A DNA stretch of 42,292 bases from Candidatus Eiseniibacteriota bacterium (lineage in GTDB: Bacteria; Eisenbacteria; RBG-16-71-46): the NCBI GenBank assembly GCA_041483195.1, contig JBGPFC010000034.1, forward strand, positions 1-42,292. The letters are read 5' to 3'. How positions within the stretch are numbered: the stretch's first letter is position 1; each line of letters opens with the position of its first letter. The notes under the pieces are model-generated. The model saw only the letters and a list, made by a program, of their open reading frames with translations. It did not search any database and was not told the DNA's origin. Position numbers and translations under genes: made by a program. Of the stretch, positions 9,285-19,329 are shown in pieces.

Positions 9285-10496
9285 TTACACGAACGCGCTG
9301 AGGCCGGAGATCGCGCGTCCGACAATCAGCGTGTTCATCTCGCGCGTGCCCTCGTACGAGTAGATCGCCTCGGCGTCGGCGACGAAGCGGCCGACCTGGT
9401 GATCGAGCACGATGCCGTTGGCACCGAGCAGTTCGCGCGCGTAGCCGACGCTCTCACGCATTCGCACGGTGCAGAACGCTTTCGCGAGTGACGCGTGTTC
9501 GTCCTTCAGCTTGCCCTCGTCCTGCAGCGTGGAGAGCCGGACCATCATGGAGAGCGATGCGGTGATGTTGCCCAGCATCTTTACCAGCAGGTCCTGGATG
9601 AGCTGGAACGAGCCGATCGGCTTGCCGAACTGCTCGCGCGTCTGCGCGTAGCGGAGCGCGTGCTCGTACGCGCCCATCATGCAGCCGACCGCCTCCCACC
9701 CGACGAAAGCGCGCGTCATGCGCAGCACGCGCGCCGTGTCTCGGAACGACGTATCCAGCTGCAAGCGATTGGCTTCCGGCACGCGGCAGTTCTCGAGCGT
9801 GATCAGCGCGTTCTGGACGACGCGCAGCGCCATCTTGTGCTCGATCTTCTCCGCCTTGAACCCCGGTGACTTGTTCTCGACGATGAAGCCCTTCACCTGG
9901 TTGTCGCCGAGGTCGCGCGCCCAGATGATCGTGACGTCGCCAAAGGTCGCGTTGCCGATCCATTTCTTCTGGCCGTTCAGGATCCAGGTGTCTCCTTCTC
10001 GCCGCGCGGTCGTGGTGAGCCCGCGCGCAGTGCCCGAGCCCACGTCCGGCTCGGTGAGGCCGAACGACCCGACCTTTTCCAGCCGGGCCATCGGCGGCAG
10101 CCACTGCTGCTTCTGCTCTTCGGAGCCGCACAGGTAGATGGAGCCCATCGCGAGCCCGCTGTGCACGCCGAAGAAGGTGGCCACCGAGCAGTCGACGCGC
10201 GCGATCTCCATCGCGACGAAGCCGGCGAACAACGAGCTGTGCCCGGCGCACTCATATCCTTCGAAGCCCGCGCCGACGACCCCGAGGTCGCGAATCCCAG
10301 ACACGATGTCGAAGGGGAAGGAGTCGGCGGCCCAGTACTCGGTGATGATCGGCGCGACCTTCGCCTCCATGAACTCCCGCACCTGCCGGAGCTTCTGCTG
10401 CTCCGAGTCACTCAGGATCTCCTTGAGTCGGTAGAAATCTCCGTCGGGGGTCGGCAGCGCGCGCGCTGCGCCCTTCGTCTTCGCATCGGTGTTCAT
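9285..10496 (-). CDS. Acyl-CoA dehydrogenase (glutaryl-CoA DH / ACX4-like subfamily)
   Basis: FGLTEPDVGS, LNGQKKWIGNA, REQFGKPIGSFQ, LLGANGI, YSYEGTREMN; start MNTDAK. Confidence 0.95.
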   Translation of the reverse strand: MNTDAKTKGAARALPTPDGDFYRLKEILSDSEQQKLRQVREFMEAKVAPIITEYWAADSFPFDIVSGIRDLGVVGAGFEGYECAGHSSLFAGFVAMEIARVDCSVATFFGVHSGLAMGSIYLCGSEEQKQQWLPPMARLEKVGSFGLTEPDVGSGTARGLTTTARREGDTWILNGQKKWIGNATFGDVTIIWARDLGDNQVKGFIVENKSPGFKAEKIEHKMALRVVQNALITLENCRVPEANRLQLDTSFRDTARVLRMTRAFVGWEAVGCMMGAYEHALRYAQTREQFGKPIGSFQLIQDLLVKMLGNITASLSMMVRLSTLQDEGKLKDEHASLAKAFCTVRMRESVGYARELLGANGIVLDHQVGRFVADAEAIYSYEGTREMNTLIVGRAISGLSAFV

Positions 10497-11449
10497 CGCG
10501 TTCCTCCCGCGGCCGGCTTGGCCGCGCGCAATGCGAGGAGTCCCAAGAGGACTTCGTCGCGTTCGTGATCCAGCTGCTCGATCGAGCGGCCGGTGACTTC
10601 CTGCGCAACTCCGGCAATCACTTTCTCCTTGAGCTCGGGCGCGATGTGCTCCATGCGCCCGAGATCCTTCCACCAGACCTCCATTGCGGGGCCGAGGTGA
10701 TCGAGGAGGTGGCGGATGCCGCCCTCGCCTCCGCCCAAGTGGAAGAGCAGATTCGGTCCCATCACGCCCCAGCGAAGGCCGGGTCCCCAACACACTGCGG
10801 TGTCGGCGTCGGAGACATCGAGCACGCCCTGCTCGATCAGGTGGAGCACCTCGCGGTAGAGCGCGGCCTGCAGCCGATTCGCGACGTGACCCACGACCTC
10901 CTTGCGCACGTGGATCGCCTTCTTGCCGATCGACTCGTAGAACGCGATCGCGCGCGCGATCGTCTCGGGCGACGTCTGCGCCCCTCCGACCACTTCGACG
11001 AGCGGAACAAGATGCGGCGGATTGAACGGATGGCCGATCACACAGCGCTCGGGACGCTTGCACCCGCTCTGGATCGTGCTCATCGTGAGTCCCGAGGAGC
11101 TCGACGCGAGGATCGCGTGGGGCGGTGCAGCGTCGTCGATGTCGGCGAACAGCTTGATCTTGAACTCCTTGCGCTCGGGGCCGTTCTCCTGCACGAAGTC
11201 CGCGCCGGAGACTGCCTTCCGCAGGTCGAGCGTGAACTCGAGGCGCTGCTGCGACGCGTTCTCGGAGAGCCCGATCCGCTCGAGCGCCTTCCATGCCGAA
11301 TCGACGTAGCGGCGCAGGTTCGCCTCCGCGTCCGGGCCGGGGTCCGTCGCGATCACGTCGAATCCGCGTGCAAGATACTGTGCGGCCCAGCTGGCGCCGA
11401 TCACTCCGGTTCCGACGATTGCGATTCGCTTCACGGTTCTTTCGGTCAT
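10493..11449 (-). CDS. 3-hydroxyacyl-CoA dehydrogenase family (carnitine dehydrogenase / lambda-crystallin-like)
   Basis: GTGVIG, VQENGPE, LASSSSG, GHPFNPPHLVPLVEVVGG, NRLQAALYRE, GPGLRW; start MTERTV. Confidence 0.93.
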   Translation of the reverse strand: MTERTVKRIAIVGTGVIGASWAAQYLARGFDVIATDPGPDAEANLRRYVDSAWKALERIGLSENASQQRLEFTLDLRKAVSGADFVQENGPERKEFKIKLFADIDDAAPPHAILASSSSGLTMSTIQSGCKRPERCVIGHPFNPPHLVPLVEVVGGAQTSPETIARAIAFYESIGKKAIHVRKEVVGHVANRLQAALYREVLHLIEQGVLDVSDADTAVCWGPGLRWGVMGPNLLFHLGGGEGGIRHLLDHLGPAMEVWWKDLGRMEHIAPELKEKVIAGVAQEVTGRSIEQLDHERDEVLLGLLALRAAKPAAGGTR

Positions 11450-11478
11450 CTCGCCGACTCCTTGTGCTCTTGTGTCTG

Positions 11479-11494
11479 AGCAACTGGAGTGCCA
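11479..11494 (-). promoter_or_regulatory. Sigma54 -24/-12 promoter of the acyl-CoA/ndh/cydAB operon
   Basis: Minus strand TGGCACT-CCAG-TTGCT with exact GG-N10-GC spacing, 30 nt before the first start codon. Confidence 0.85.
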
Positions 11495-11594
11495 ACGCTC
11501 CCGACCGCAAACGCGCTCTCGGGAGAGGAGCCTGCCTGCCGTTTGGCTGGCGTGCCGCCCCATGGGCGCGCCGACGACCGGCTGGCTCGGGGCC

Positions 11595-14318
11595 TTAGGG
11601 GGCCGAGTCGGCGGGGAGCGCGAACGAGAACGTGGCGCCCGCTCCGCGAGTGACTTCCGCCCAGAGACTTCCGTGATGCGCCTCGATGATGGAGCGGCTG
11701 ATCGCCAGACCCATGCCCATGCCGTGCGGCTTGGTGCTGTAGAAGGCGTCGAAGAGCCGATCGAGCTCCGTGTCCTTCAGTCCGACGCCGTGATCCTGCA
11801 CGCTCACTGTGACGGCAGGGCGCCCGTCGCGGACGTCGCGGCGCACGCGGATCTCGAGCAGGCGCTCCGACTCGGCAACCGTTGCCATCGCATCCATGGC
11901 GTTCACGACCAGGTTCAGCAGCACCTGCTGCAGCTGCACGCGATCTCCCGCGACGCTCGGCAGGTCCTCGGCGACCTCCGACCGGATCGTCACGCGACGG
12001 CGCGCCGATTCCGCGGCGGCCAGCGCCACGACGTCGTCGACCACGTCCGCGAGCCGCAAGGACGCGGACACAGAGGGCGATCGCGTCGCCATCGAGCGCA
12101 CGCGCTCGATCACGGCGCTCGCACGCACGGCGTCGCTGCTGATGTCCTCGAGCGCCGCGCGCAGCTCTTCGACGTCGGTGGGCTCGTGAGACAGAAACGA
12201 AAGACTGGCGTTGGCGTTGTTGGCGATGGCTGCGAGCGGCTGGTTCACCTCGTGGGCGATCGACGCGGTGAGCTCCCCGAGTGTGGTCACGCGCGTCACG
12301 TGGGCGAGTGCGTCCTGCGCCTCATTCAGCGCCTCCTCCGCGCGCTTGCGCTCGCTCAGGTCGACGATGGTGACGAGCACGCTCTCGAAGCCCGACGACT
12401 CGGGCGGAAGCGCGATCGCGACGAGCGCGTGGATGGTCTCGTTCCGGAGTGTCGTGAGAACGATCTCCTCGACGCTGCGCCGGCCTTCGGCCACCGCGAG
12501 CAGCTGGGAGGCCCAGGCCGCCCGCACCTCGCGCGTAGTGAGTCCGGGCAAGGCGTCCAGGAACTCTTCCTTGCTGGAGGCGCCGAACAAAGCGACCGCG
12601 GCTTCATTGACGTCCTTGATCCCGACGAGGGCGAGTGTCTCGCGCGCGAGCTCCGGATGCTCGGCCAGGTAGCGGCGGAAGTCAGTCACGCCGTGCGACT
12701 TCAGGTCGCCGAGCCGCGCCATCACCTTCGAGAAGTCCTGCTCGACGATGGCAACTCCCACCGTCTGGAAGATGTTCCGATAGCGCAGCTCGCTCTCTCG
12801 CAGCGCCTCCTCGGCGCGCTTGCGCTCGGTCACGTCGATCGTGGTCCCGATGAGCTCGACGGGCCGACCGGCCGCGTCGAGGATCGGATCGACTCGGGAT
12901 TCGATGTAGCGCAGCGTTCCGTCCGGAAGGACGAGTCGCCACTCGGCGCTGTGGCCGATCCTCCCACTGGCCGCCCGCTCGAACTCCGCAGCGACACTCG
13001 GTCGGTCGTCGGGGTGAAAGCGGCTAGTCACCGCCGCCCTCGACGGAATCCCGCCGGCCGGGTCGAATCCGTAGATGCGAAGGATCTCGGGGGACACGTA
13101 GACCAGTTCTCCCGTGTCGAGGTTCTGCGCAAAGCTGCCCGTGTGACTGAGTCGCTGCGCTTCCGACAGCCAAGCCTCGGTTCGCCGGAGCGCCTCCTCC
13201 GCTTCGCGCCGGTCCTGGATGTCGATCCCGATACCCATCCAGCGCGCGATCCGACCTTCGGCGTCGCGAATCGGCCGGCCACGAAGCAGGTGCCAGCGGT
13301 ACTGGCCGTCCGCGGCCCGGCGGAAAGGAGCCTCGTCGTTCCATTCGCCTCCAGATGCGACCGCTTGCCGCCACGACTTCCACAGCCGGCGGCGGTGTTC
13401 GGGGTGTATCGAATCAAGCCCTTCGGTCTCTGGTCGCGTGAGCCCCGTGTACTCGTACCACCATCGGTTGGTGTGCATGTTCAATCCGTCGGCCGACATC
13501 GTCCAAACGATCTGCGGCGACACCTCGATGAGCGCGCGGTAGTGCTCCTCGCTTTCCCGAAGCGCCTCCTCCGCCTCGCGACGGTCCTGGATGTCGATCG
13601 CGATGCCGATCCAGCGAACGATCCGCCCATCGGCGTCACGCATTGGCCTGCTACGAAGCAGGTGCCAGCGGTATTGCCCGTCCGCAGCCCGACGCAGCGG
13701 AGCCTCTTCGACCCATTCGGAGCCCGACGCGACGGTCTGCCGCCAAGACTTCCACATCCGGCGCCGGTGTTCCGGGTGTATGGGCTCGAACCCTTCAGTC
13801 TCCGGGTGCGTGAGCCCCGTGTACTCGTACCACCATTGATTGGCGAAAATGGTCCATCCGTCCGCCGGTGTCGTCCAAACCATCTGCGGCGACACCTCGA
13901 GGAGTGCCCGGTAACGCTCCTCGCTCTCCCGCAGCGTCTCCTCGCTGCGTTTCCGATCCTCGATGTCGATGCTGGATCCGTACCACTTGGCGATGTTCCC
14001 GTGTTCGTCACGCGTCGCGATCTTGTGATGGAGCATCCAGCGGAACGCTCCGTCCGCGCGCCGCACGCGGGCCTCGTGCAGGAAGGGATCCCCGGTGGCC
14101 AACGCCGCGCGCCACGCGCGCAGCATGGCCTCGAGGTCGTCGGGATGGATGAAGGTCGTCCACTTCCATCCGTGCAAGTCTTCCTGTGACCGCCCGACGT
14201 AGGTCAGCCAGGTCCGATTGAAGAAGTCGAGGTGGCCATCGGGCCGACCGGTGTGGATCAGCGCGGGGGCGGATTCGATGGTGAGCTCGAGGTCCAAATC
14301 GGAATCTGGAGTGCCCAC
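11595..14318 (-). CDS. Soluble multi-PAS sensor histidine kinase
   Basis: About five PAS/PAC domains (IHPDD, IHPEH twice, FHPDD); H-box ASIAHEVNQPL; QVLLNLVVNAMDA, DHGVG, FYSTK, GMGMGL; no transmembrane segment. Confidence 0.95.
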   Translation of the reverse strand: MGTPDSDLDLELTIESAPALIHTGRPDGHLDFFNRTWLTYVGRSQEDLHGWKWTTFIHPDDLEAMLRAWRAALATGDPFLHEARVRRADGAFRWMLHHKIATRDEHGNIAKWYGSSIDIEDRKRSEETLRESEERYRALLEVSPQMVWTTPADGWTIFANQWWYEYTGLTHPETEGFEPIHPEHRRRMWKSWRQTVASGSEWVEEAPLRRAADGQYRWHLLRSRPMRDADGRIVRWIGIAIDIQDRREAEEALRESEEHYRALIEVSPQIVWTMSADGLNMHTNRWWYEYTGLTRPETEGLDSIHPEHRRRLWKSWRQAVASGGEWNDEAPFRRAADGQYRWHLLRGRPIRDAEGRIARWMGIGIDIQDRREAEEALRRTEAWLSEAQRLSHTGSFAQNLDTGELVYVSPEILRIYGFDPAGGIPSRAAVTSRFHPDDRPSVAAEFERAASGRIGHSAEWRLVLPDGTLRYIESRVDPILDAAGRPVELIGTTIDVTERKRAEEALRESELRYRNIFQTVGVAIVEQDFSKVMARLGDLKSHGVTDFRRYLAEHPELARETLALVGIKDVNEAAVALFGASSKEEFLDALPGLTTREVRAAWASQLLAVAEGRRSVEEIVLTTLRNETIHALVAIALPPESSGFESVLVTIVDLSERKRAEEALNEAQDALAHVTRVTTLGELTASIAHEVNQPLAAIANNANASLSFLSHEPTDVEELRAALEDISSDAVRASAVIERVRSMATRSPSVSASLRLADVVDDVVALAAAESARRRVTIRSEVAEDLPSVAGDRVQLQQVLLNLVVNAMDAMATVAESERLLEIRVRRDVRDGRPAVTVSVQDHGVGLKDTELDRLFDAFYSTKPHGMGMGLAISRSIIEAHHGSLWAEVTRGAGATFSFALPADSAP
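13200..13943 (-). repeat. Tandem 372-bp PAS-PAC duplication inside the kinase
   Basis: Units 13572-13943 and 13200-13571; identical 29-nt block at 13436-13464 and 13808-13836. Confidence 0.9.
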
Positions 14319-14405
14319 ATGGCCTCCGCCGGAAGCGGTGGTGATCGCGGCTCCGCCGGGCTGGATCCTATCACCTCGGCCGGGTCCACATGCGCCGCGG
14401 AGATG

Positions 14406-15854
14406 TCACGGTCGGGCGAGGTCCCCGGTGCTGAACGCGAAGGCCGCCGACTGAGTCAGCGCCTCCGCGCGCGCGGCCTGGTCGAGCGTGCGCGCGCTGG
14501 CCAGACTTCGCTGAGCCTCGCGGACGTCGGGGAACGTTGCGAGGCCGTGCTGGTAGGACTCGAACGTCGCCCTCCACGACTCCTCCGAAGCCGAGAGCAG
14601 TGCCGCGGCGGCCTTCTGCTTCGCGAGCGCAACCTTGGCATCGTTGTACGCCTTCCACACCTCGCGAACCGCCTTGTCCTTCGCGTGGTCCAGCTCGCTC
14701 TCGGCTTCCTTCTGCACTGACTCGGCGAGGTGGACCTTGTTGCGACGCTCGAAACCGTCGAAGAGGGTCCACTCCAGGCGCAGCCCCGCGTCGTACTGCA
14801 GCTCGTGGACGCCCTGGTAGGCACTGTCCTCGACCTTCAGCTGCCCGATGTTCCCGGCGACCGCCGACCGCGCGAGCAGGCGCGGCCAGTAGTCCGCTCG
14901 AGCTTTGCGCACGTCGGCCTGCTTGGCGCGCACGCTCGCGAGGCGCGCGAGAAGATCGGGCCGCTGCGTCAGCGCGCGGTCGACCGCTTGATCCACTGAC
15001 TCCTCGAGAGCGGACGGCAGGGGCTGCTGTGACACGTCGGCGATCTCGATGGGGGTGCCGGGTCGGATGCCAACGCTCTCGAGCAGGGCCATGCGCGCAT
15101 CCTGTTCTGCCGCGAGGGCATCGTCGAATAGGTAACTCGTGCGCGCGACCTCCTCGCGCGCCTGTAACACTTCGGGCAAGGTCGCGAGCTCGTGCTGCTT
15201 GCGCGCGAGCGCAGCCTCCTCGAGTGTGCGGGCGGAGTCGAGCGCCGCGCGCGCGGCAACGACCTTGCCGCGCGCCGCGCTCAGTGAGTAGAAGTCGCGC
15301 GTGACGGCGAAGACGACTTGCTGCTGCTTTCCGTTGAAGCCGGCGATCGCCTCGATGACCTGCGCCTGAGTCGCGTCGACCAGGGCGCCGCGGCGACCGA
15401 AGTCGAGGAGCACCCACTCCAGGCTGAGGGCCGGGATGACGAACTGGGTGTCCGCCTTGAACACGCCCCCCGGCACCACGGTGGTGGGGATCGGCGCCGG
15501 GGCGTGAGCGACCACGCCGGTCGCCGCCGCGACGAGGGTCGGATAATACGTCCCCTCGGCCAGGCCGGTCGCAATGGCCGCTTGCCGCGCGCGTTCCCAC
15601 GCCATGCGTGTCTCCGGATTGGTGCGCTGGGCCAGGTCGATGAGCTCGTTCGGACCGTACTTCGTCTGCGGATCCACCCGCACCTGGCTGGACGGTCGGG
15701 CGCGCTCCGAGTCACTCAGCGCCGCCGAGTACTTCGGCAGGTCCGGAGCACGCCAGGGCCGATCGGGCGACGGCGGCGCCATCGACAACGGCTCGCGCGC
15801 CGCGCAGCCGCACAAAAACGTCGCAGCGAGAACGATGGCGCGCGCTCGACTCAC
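14406..15854 (-). CDS. TolC/OEP-family outer-membrane efflux lipoprotein
   Basis: LCGC lipobox, ELIDLAQRTNP, W.LLDFG, RPDL..A, WTLFDGF; last gene of the efflux operon. Confidence 0.9.
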   Translation of the reverse strand: MSRARAIVLAATFLCGCAAREPLSMAPPSPDRPWRAPDLPKYSAALSDSERARPSSQVRVDPQTKYGPNELIDLAQRTNPETRMAWERARQAAIATGLAEGTYYPTLVAAATGVVAHAPAPIPTTVVPGGVFKADTQFVIPALSLEWVLLDFGRRGALVDATQAQVIEAIAGFNGKQQQVVFAVTRDFYSLSAARGKVVAARAALDSARTLEEAALARKQHELATLPEVLQAREEVARTSYLFDDALAAEQDARMALLESVGIRPGTPIEIADVSQQPLPSALEESVDQAVDRALTQRPDLLARLASVRAKQADVRKARADYWPRLLARSAVAGNIGQLKVEDSAYQGVHELQYDAGLRLEWTLFDGFERRNKVHLAESVQKEAESELDHAKDKAVREVWKAYNDAKVALAKQKAAAALLSASEESWRATFESYQHGLATFPDVREAQRSLASARTLDQAARAEALTQSAAFAFSTGDLARP

Positions 15855-17791
15855 TGGGCGACCTCGAAGGCGAGCCGTTGGATACGCTGCACGAGCTCGC
15901 GCTCCAGCGGACTCTCGAGCGCAGCGAGCTGAAAGTCGGGGAGAGAGCGCTCTCGGCCCTGCTGCAGGCGATCCGCGATCGCAGTCAGGCTCTCCGCGAC
16001 GGCGGAGTCGAAGCCACTCAAGCGAGCGTCCGTCCGCTGGCTGGCGACCGCGAGCTGCGTCAGCAAGACCGACTGCGCATCGGCGACGGCGCGCTGCGCG
16101 CGTTCACGCGCCTGGTCGCCTGCGCTCGGCTCGAAGGCCGCTTCGTCGGCGGCCTGCTGCGCCGCCGCGAAGTCACGCAGCGCTTGCAGACGCAGGGTCT
16201 CGCCCTCCGTGTTCCCGCTTCCGACGCTGGCCAGCGCCGCCATCGCGCGCAGCCCGGACCCGAAGCTCTTCCAGATCGCCTCCGCCGCGCGAACGGGCCA
16301 GATGAAGTGGAAGACCAACGTGATGACGACGTTGCCGAGCAGGATGCCCAGCAGGCGGTCGCGGATCGTGTCGAAGTGCCACGTCGGCTCGAAGCCCTGG
16401 ATCACGCAGACGTAGAACGCGAACGCGATCTGCACGCCGACGTAGGCGATCCGCGGGCTCCCGACGACGACCCACGCCGCGACCGCCGTGCCGGCTGCGA
16501 CGAGCAAGGCCAGAGAGGTGATCGACTCCATTCGCGGGATCAGGAGCAGGATCGCCGCGAAGCCCATGACCGCGCCGACCAGCGCTCCCGTGATCCGCAG
16601 GCTGCCCTTCTGGATCGTCGCTCCGTCGCTGCCGAGTCCGACGATCAGACAGGTGACGATGCAGGTGCGGATGCCGGGCCAGTCGACGGCGCTCTGCAGG
16701 ACGTAACAGATCATCACGGCGAGCACGCCCTTCAGTGCGTAGTGCAAATGGTCGCGGTTCGTGAACGCGTCCTTCACCAGCCACGCCGGACGCTCCGTTT
16801 CGGAGCCCGTCGCGAGAGCAGTCTTACCCTCCGGCCCGAGCGCCTGCTGCAGCTGGTCGACGGCTTGCTCGAGCTCGTCGACGACGGGCGACACGGCCGA
16901 GGGCTCCGGGCGTTGCCAAGGCTCAGCGGTGCAGCGGGCGTCGAACACGCGGCGCAGGTAGGCGCACTCCGCCGCAATCTGCTCCAAACGCGCCGTCTCG
17001 GGGACCGCGGGCATCCGCTCCAGCGTTGCCGCGGCAGTCACGAAGCGGTCGGACAGCGTGATCAGCGCGCCGTAATGCGCATGGCGCGCTCGGACGGAGG
17101 CGCGCGCGAGCGCCGCGCTCCTCAGCAGGGCGAGCAGCCTCGTGACACCCGCCATCGCGAACGGCCGCGCGCGCTCTTCGACCACGCCGGTCACGCGGCT
17201 CGAGAGTGACTCCTCGGTCGCCCGCAGCCGCTCTCGGATCTCCGCACGAAGCAGCCCCTCGGGATCCGTGGGGACGATGAACAGGTTGGCCGCGACCGCC
17301 GCGGCGATGCCGAGCGCGAAGACCGGCCACAGCCACAGACTTCCGCGGATGGCCAGCTCCGGGACCGGAATGAAGTCGGGCACCGTCAGGATCAACGTGC
17401 CGATCAGGCCGATCACGAAGCCGAGCGCTCCGATCAGGAACGTGCGGCGGAGGAACAGCCCCGCTCCCGCCATCGCCGCGATCAGAACGAAACGCAGCGC
17501 GGGCTGATCCATCGCGATGATGAGGAGCAGGATCGCGAGCGCGAGCCCGACGGTGAGCGCAACCAGGAAGACGATTCCCGTGAGCAGTGTCTGGCTCGAG
17601 TCCTCCATCGCGAAGCGAGTCACGACCCAAACCGACAGATACGCCTCGGGCACGCGCAGAGTCATGCACAGGATCAGCACGGCGACGCAGGCGACCACGA
17701 CGCGGGCCGTGGCGACGCCACGCCCCGGAAACGGCGCGAGCTCCCGGCGCAGAAACGGCTCGATCGTCTGCGCCTGGGCGGAAGGCATCAC
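15851..17791 (-). CDS. FUSC-family (MdtO-like) inner-membrane efflux subunit
   Basis: LRRELAPFPGR, DAFTN.DH..YALK, DWPGIRTC, RDRLLGILLGN; two hydrophobic blocks. Confidence 0.88.
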   Translation of the reverse strand: MMPSAQAQTIEPFLRRELAPFPGRGVATARVVVACVAVLILCMTLRVPEAYLSVWVVTRFAMEDSSQTLLTGIVFLVALTVGLALAILLLIIAMDQPALRFVLIAAMAGAGLFLRRTFLIGALGFVIGLIGTLILTVPDFIPVPELAIRGSLWLWPVFALGIAAAVAANLFIVPTDPEGLLRAEIRERLRATEESLSSRVTGVVEERARPFAMAGVTRLLALLRSAALARASVRARHAHYGALITLSDRFVTAAATLERMPAVPETARLEQIAAECAYLRRVFDARCTAEPWQRPEPSAVSPVVDELEQAVDQLQQALGPEGKTALATGSETERPAWLVKDAFTNRDHLHYALKGVLAVMICYVLQSAVDWPGIRTCIVTCLIVGLGSDGATIQKGSLRITGALVGAVMGFAAILLLIPRMESITSLALLVAAGTAVAAWVVVGSPRIAYVGVQIAFAFYVCVIQGFEPTWHFDTIRDRLLGILLGNVVITLVFHFIWPVRAAEAIWKSFGSGLRAMAALASVGSGNTEGETLRLQALRDFAAAQQAADEAAFEPSAGDQARERAQRAVADAQSVLLTQLAVASQRTDARLSGFDSAVAESLTAIADRLQQGRERSLPDFQLAALESPLERELVQRIQRLAFEVAQ

Positions 17792-17794
17792 GTC

Positions 17795-18832
17795 TCACCC
17801 CGCGGGCCAGCCGCGAATGATCGCGACAGCGGAGCCGCCGACGCGGAAGAGATGCGAGGGCTGCGGATCTTCGATGCGGATGCGCACCGGAAACCGCTGC
17901 GCGATGTGCACCCAGTTCAGCTCGCGGTGGATCACCGGCACGCCCACGGAGAGCGGCTGGTCCTCGGGATTCACCGCCCACCCGATTCCTTGCACGGTCC
18001 CGCGCAGCCGGACCCCGGGATCCGTCAGCAGAAAGATCTCCGCCTCCATTCCGGGGGCGATGTGCTTGAGCTCGGTCTCGCGGAAGTCCGCCAAGACGTA
18101 CCACGCGCGCGTGTCGACGAGCGAGAACACCGGCGCCGGGCCGGGTGAAACGAACTGGCCGATGGCCGTGTTCAAGTTGACGACGAGCGCGTCGAACTCC
18201 GCGCGCACGGAGCAGAAGCCGAGATCCAGCTCGGCCTTCCCGAGCGCGGCTTGCGCGGCGTCGCGCCTCGCGAGCAGCGCGTCGAGATCGCCGACGTCCT
18301 TCTCGGCCTGATCCATCTTGCGCCGCGCCTCGTCGAGCCCCGCCTCTGCCGTCCGCCGGGCGGTGCGCGCCTGGTCGATCTTGTCCGGAGTCACGAACTC
18401 CTTCGACAGCAGCGGCTCGAGTCGCCGGAGGCTGTCGGCCGCGTTCTGTGTCTCCGCCTCCATGCGTTGCACCGCCGCCTTCGCCGCGGCGACCGCGAAC
18501 TGCTGTCCGTCGATCCGCCGCTGCGTGACCTCGATCTCGCCGTCGAGCGCCGCGACCTCGGCGCGCGCGCGCCGGACCGCGAGCTCGTACGGGCGCGGGT
18601 CGATCAGGAACAGCAGGTCGCCGCGCTTCACGAGCTGGTTGTCCGCGACGTGCAGCTCGACGATCGTCCCACTCACCTGCGGGACGACACCGATGATGTT
18701 CGCCATCACGATCGCGTCGTCGGTCTGCGGATGCCGTTCGACCCTCAGCAGAGCCACGAAGCCGAGAATGAGCGCGCCCGCGACGATACCGAGGGCGACG
18801 AGTCTTTTTGGTGCGACACGCGCTGGGCGCAT
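17795..18832 (-). CDS. mdtN: HlyD-family membrane fusion protein (MdtN-like)
   Basis: PQTDDA, VSGTI.EL.V.DNQ.VKRGDLLF.IDPRPY, A.FRETEL, NWVHIAQRFPVRI. Confidence 0.9.
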   Translation of the reverse strand: MRPARVAPKRLVALGIVAGALILGFVALLRVERHPQTDDAIVMANIIGVVPQVSGTIVELHVADNQLVKRGDLLFLIDPRPYELAVRRARAEVAALDGEIEVTQRRIDGQQFAVAAAKAAVQRMEAETQNAADSLRRLEPLLSKEFVTPDKIDQARTARRTAEAGLDEARRKMDQAEKDVGDLDALLARRDAAQAALGKAELDLGFCSVRAEFDALVVNLNTAIGQFVSPGPAPVFSLVDTRAWYVLADFRETELKHIAPGMEAEIFLLTDPGVRLRGTVQGIGWAVNPEDQPLSVGVPVIHRELNWVHIAQRFPVRIRIEDPQPSHLFRVGGSAVAIIRGWPAG

Positions 18833-18833
18833 G

Positions 18834-19043
18834 TCAGCTCGCGAACACGATGAGCCACGTGGCAAGGGTCAAGAGACACGCCAGCGAGGGATACACGAGC
18901 TCCGCCGGTGCGACGTAGTCCGTGGTCCCCGTCGCAACGAACACCTGCCGCGCGACAACGGTGAGCGCGATGCCGGCGACGATGGAGAGGAGCCACGCCG
19001 GAAAGAACGAGCCCAAGATGTTGATGGATGGTGCGAGGTGCAT
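18834..19043 (-). CDS. ytcA: YtcA-family small membrane protein
   Basis: APSINILGSFFPAW..LVYPSL signature, directly upstream of the MdtN-like gene as in ytcA-mdtNOP; GGAGGG RBS. Confidence 0.85.
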   Translation of the reverse strand: MHLAPSINILGSFFPAWLLSIVAGIALTVVARQVFVATGTTDYVAPAELVYPSLACLLTLATWLIVFAS

Positions 19044-19068
19044 CCGGTCCCTCCGTCACCAGTCGGGG

Positions 19069-19084
19069 AGCAACGAGCATGCCG
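19069..19084 (-). promoter_or_regulatory. Sigma54 -24/-12 promoter of the ytcA efflux operon
   Basis: Minus strand CGGCATG-CTCG-TTGCT, GG-N10-GC, 26 nt before the ytcA start. Confidence 0.75.
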
Positions 19085-19329
19085 AGCTCGAAGCGCCAGC
19101 GCGTCGGGCTGCGCTCCGCCGCGCGCCGACGGATGGGCGACCGCGACGACCCGTGGGCGTCAGGACGATGGAAGGGCACGGCGATCGAGCGCTTGCCGGA
19201 CGCAGCGCAGCTCGGCGACACCGGTGAGTGTCGGGGCCCGCAGCGCGGGAAGCGCGTCAGAACTTGAACGGCGGTTCCGCGAGTCGATCACCGGTGCCTT
19301 GTTGACTCACTCGGCGGCGCTGGCAACCC

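Noticed and set aside
7260..11449. Assignment as a carnitine (cai/cdh) pathway
   Set aside because: Family-level resemblance only; no BCCT/ABC betaine transporter, CaiC ligase or cleavage enzyme, so the substrate cannot be named
11472..14189. 905-aa plus-strand ORF and other long antisense ORFs (e.g. 7044-8558, 19978-21411)
   Set aside because: Shadows of well-supported opposite-strand genes in GC-rich DNA; no motifs
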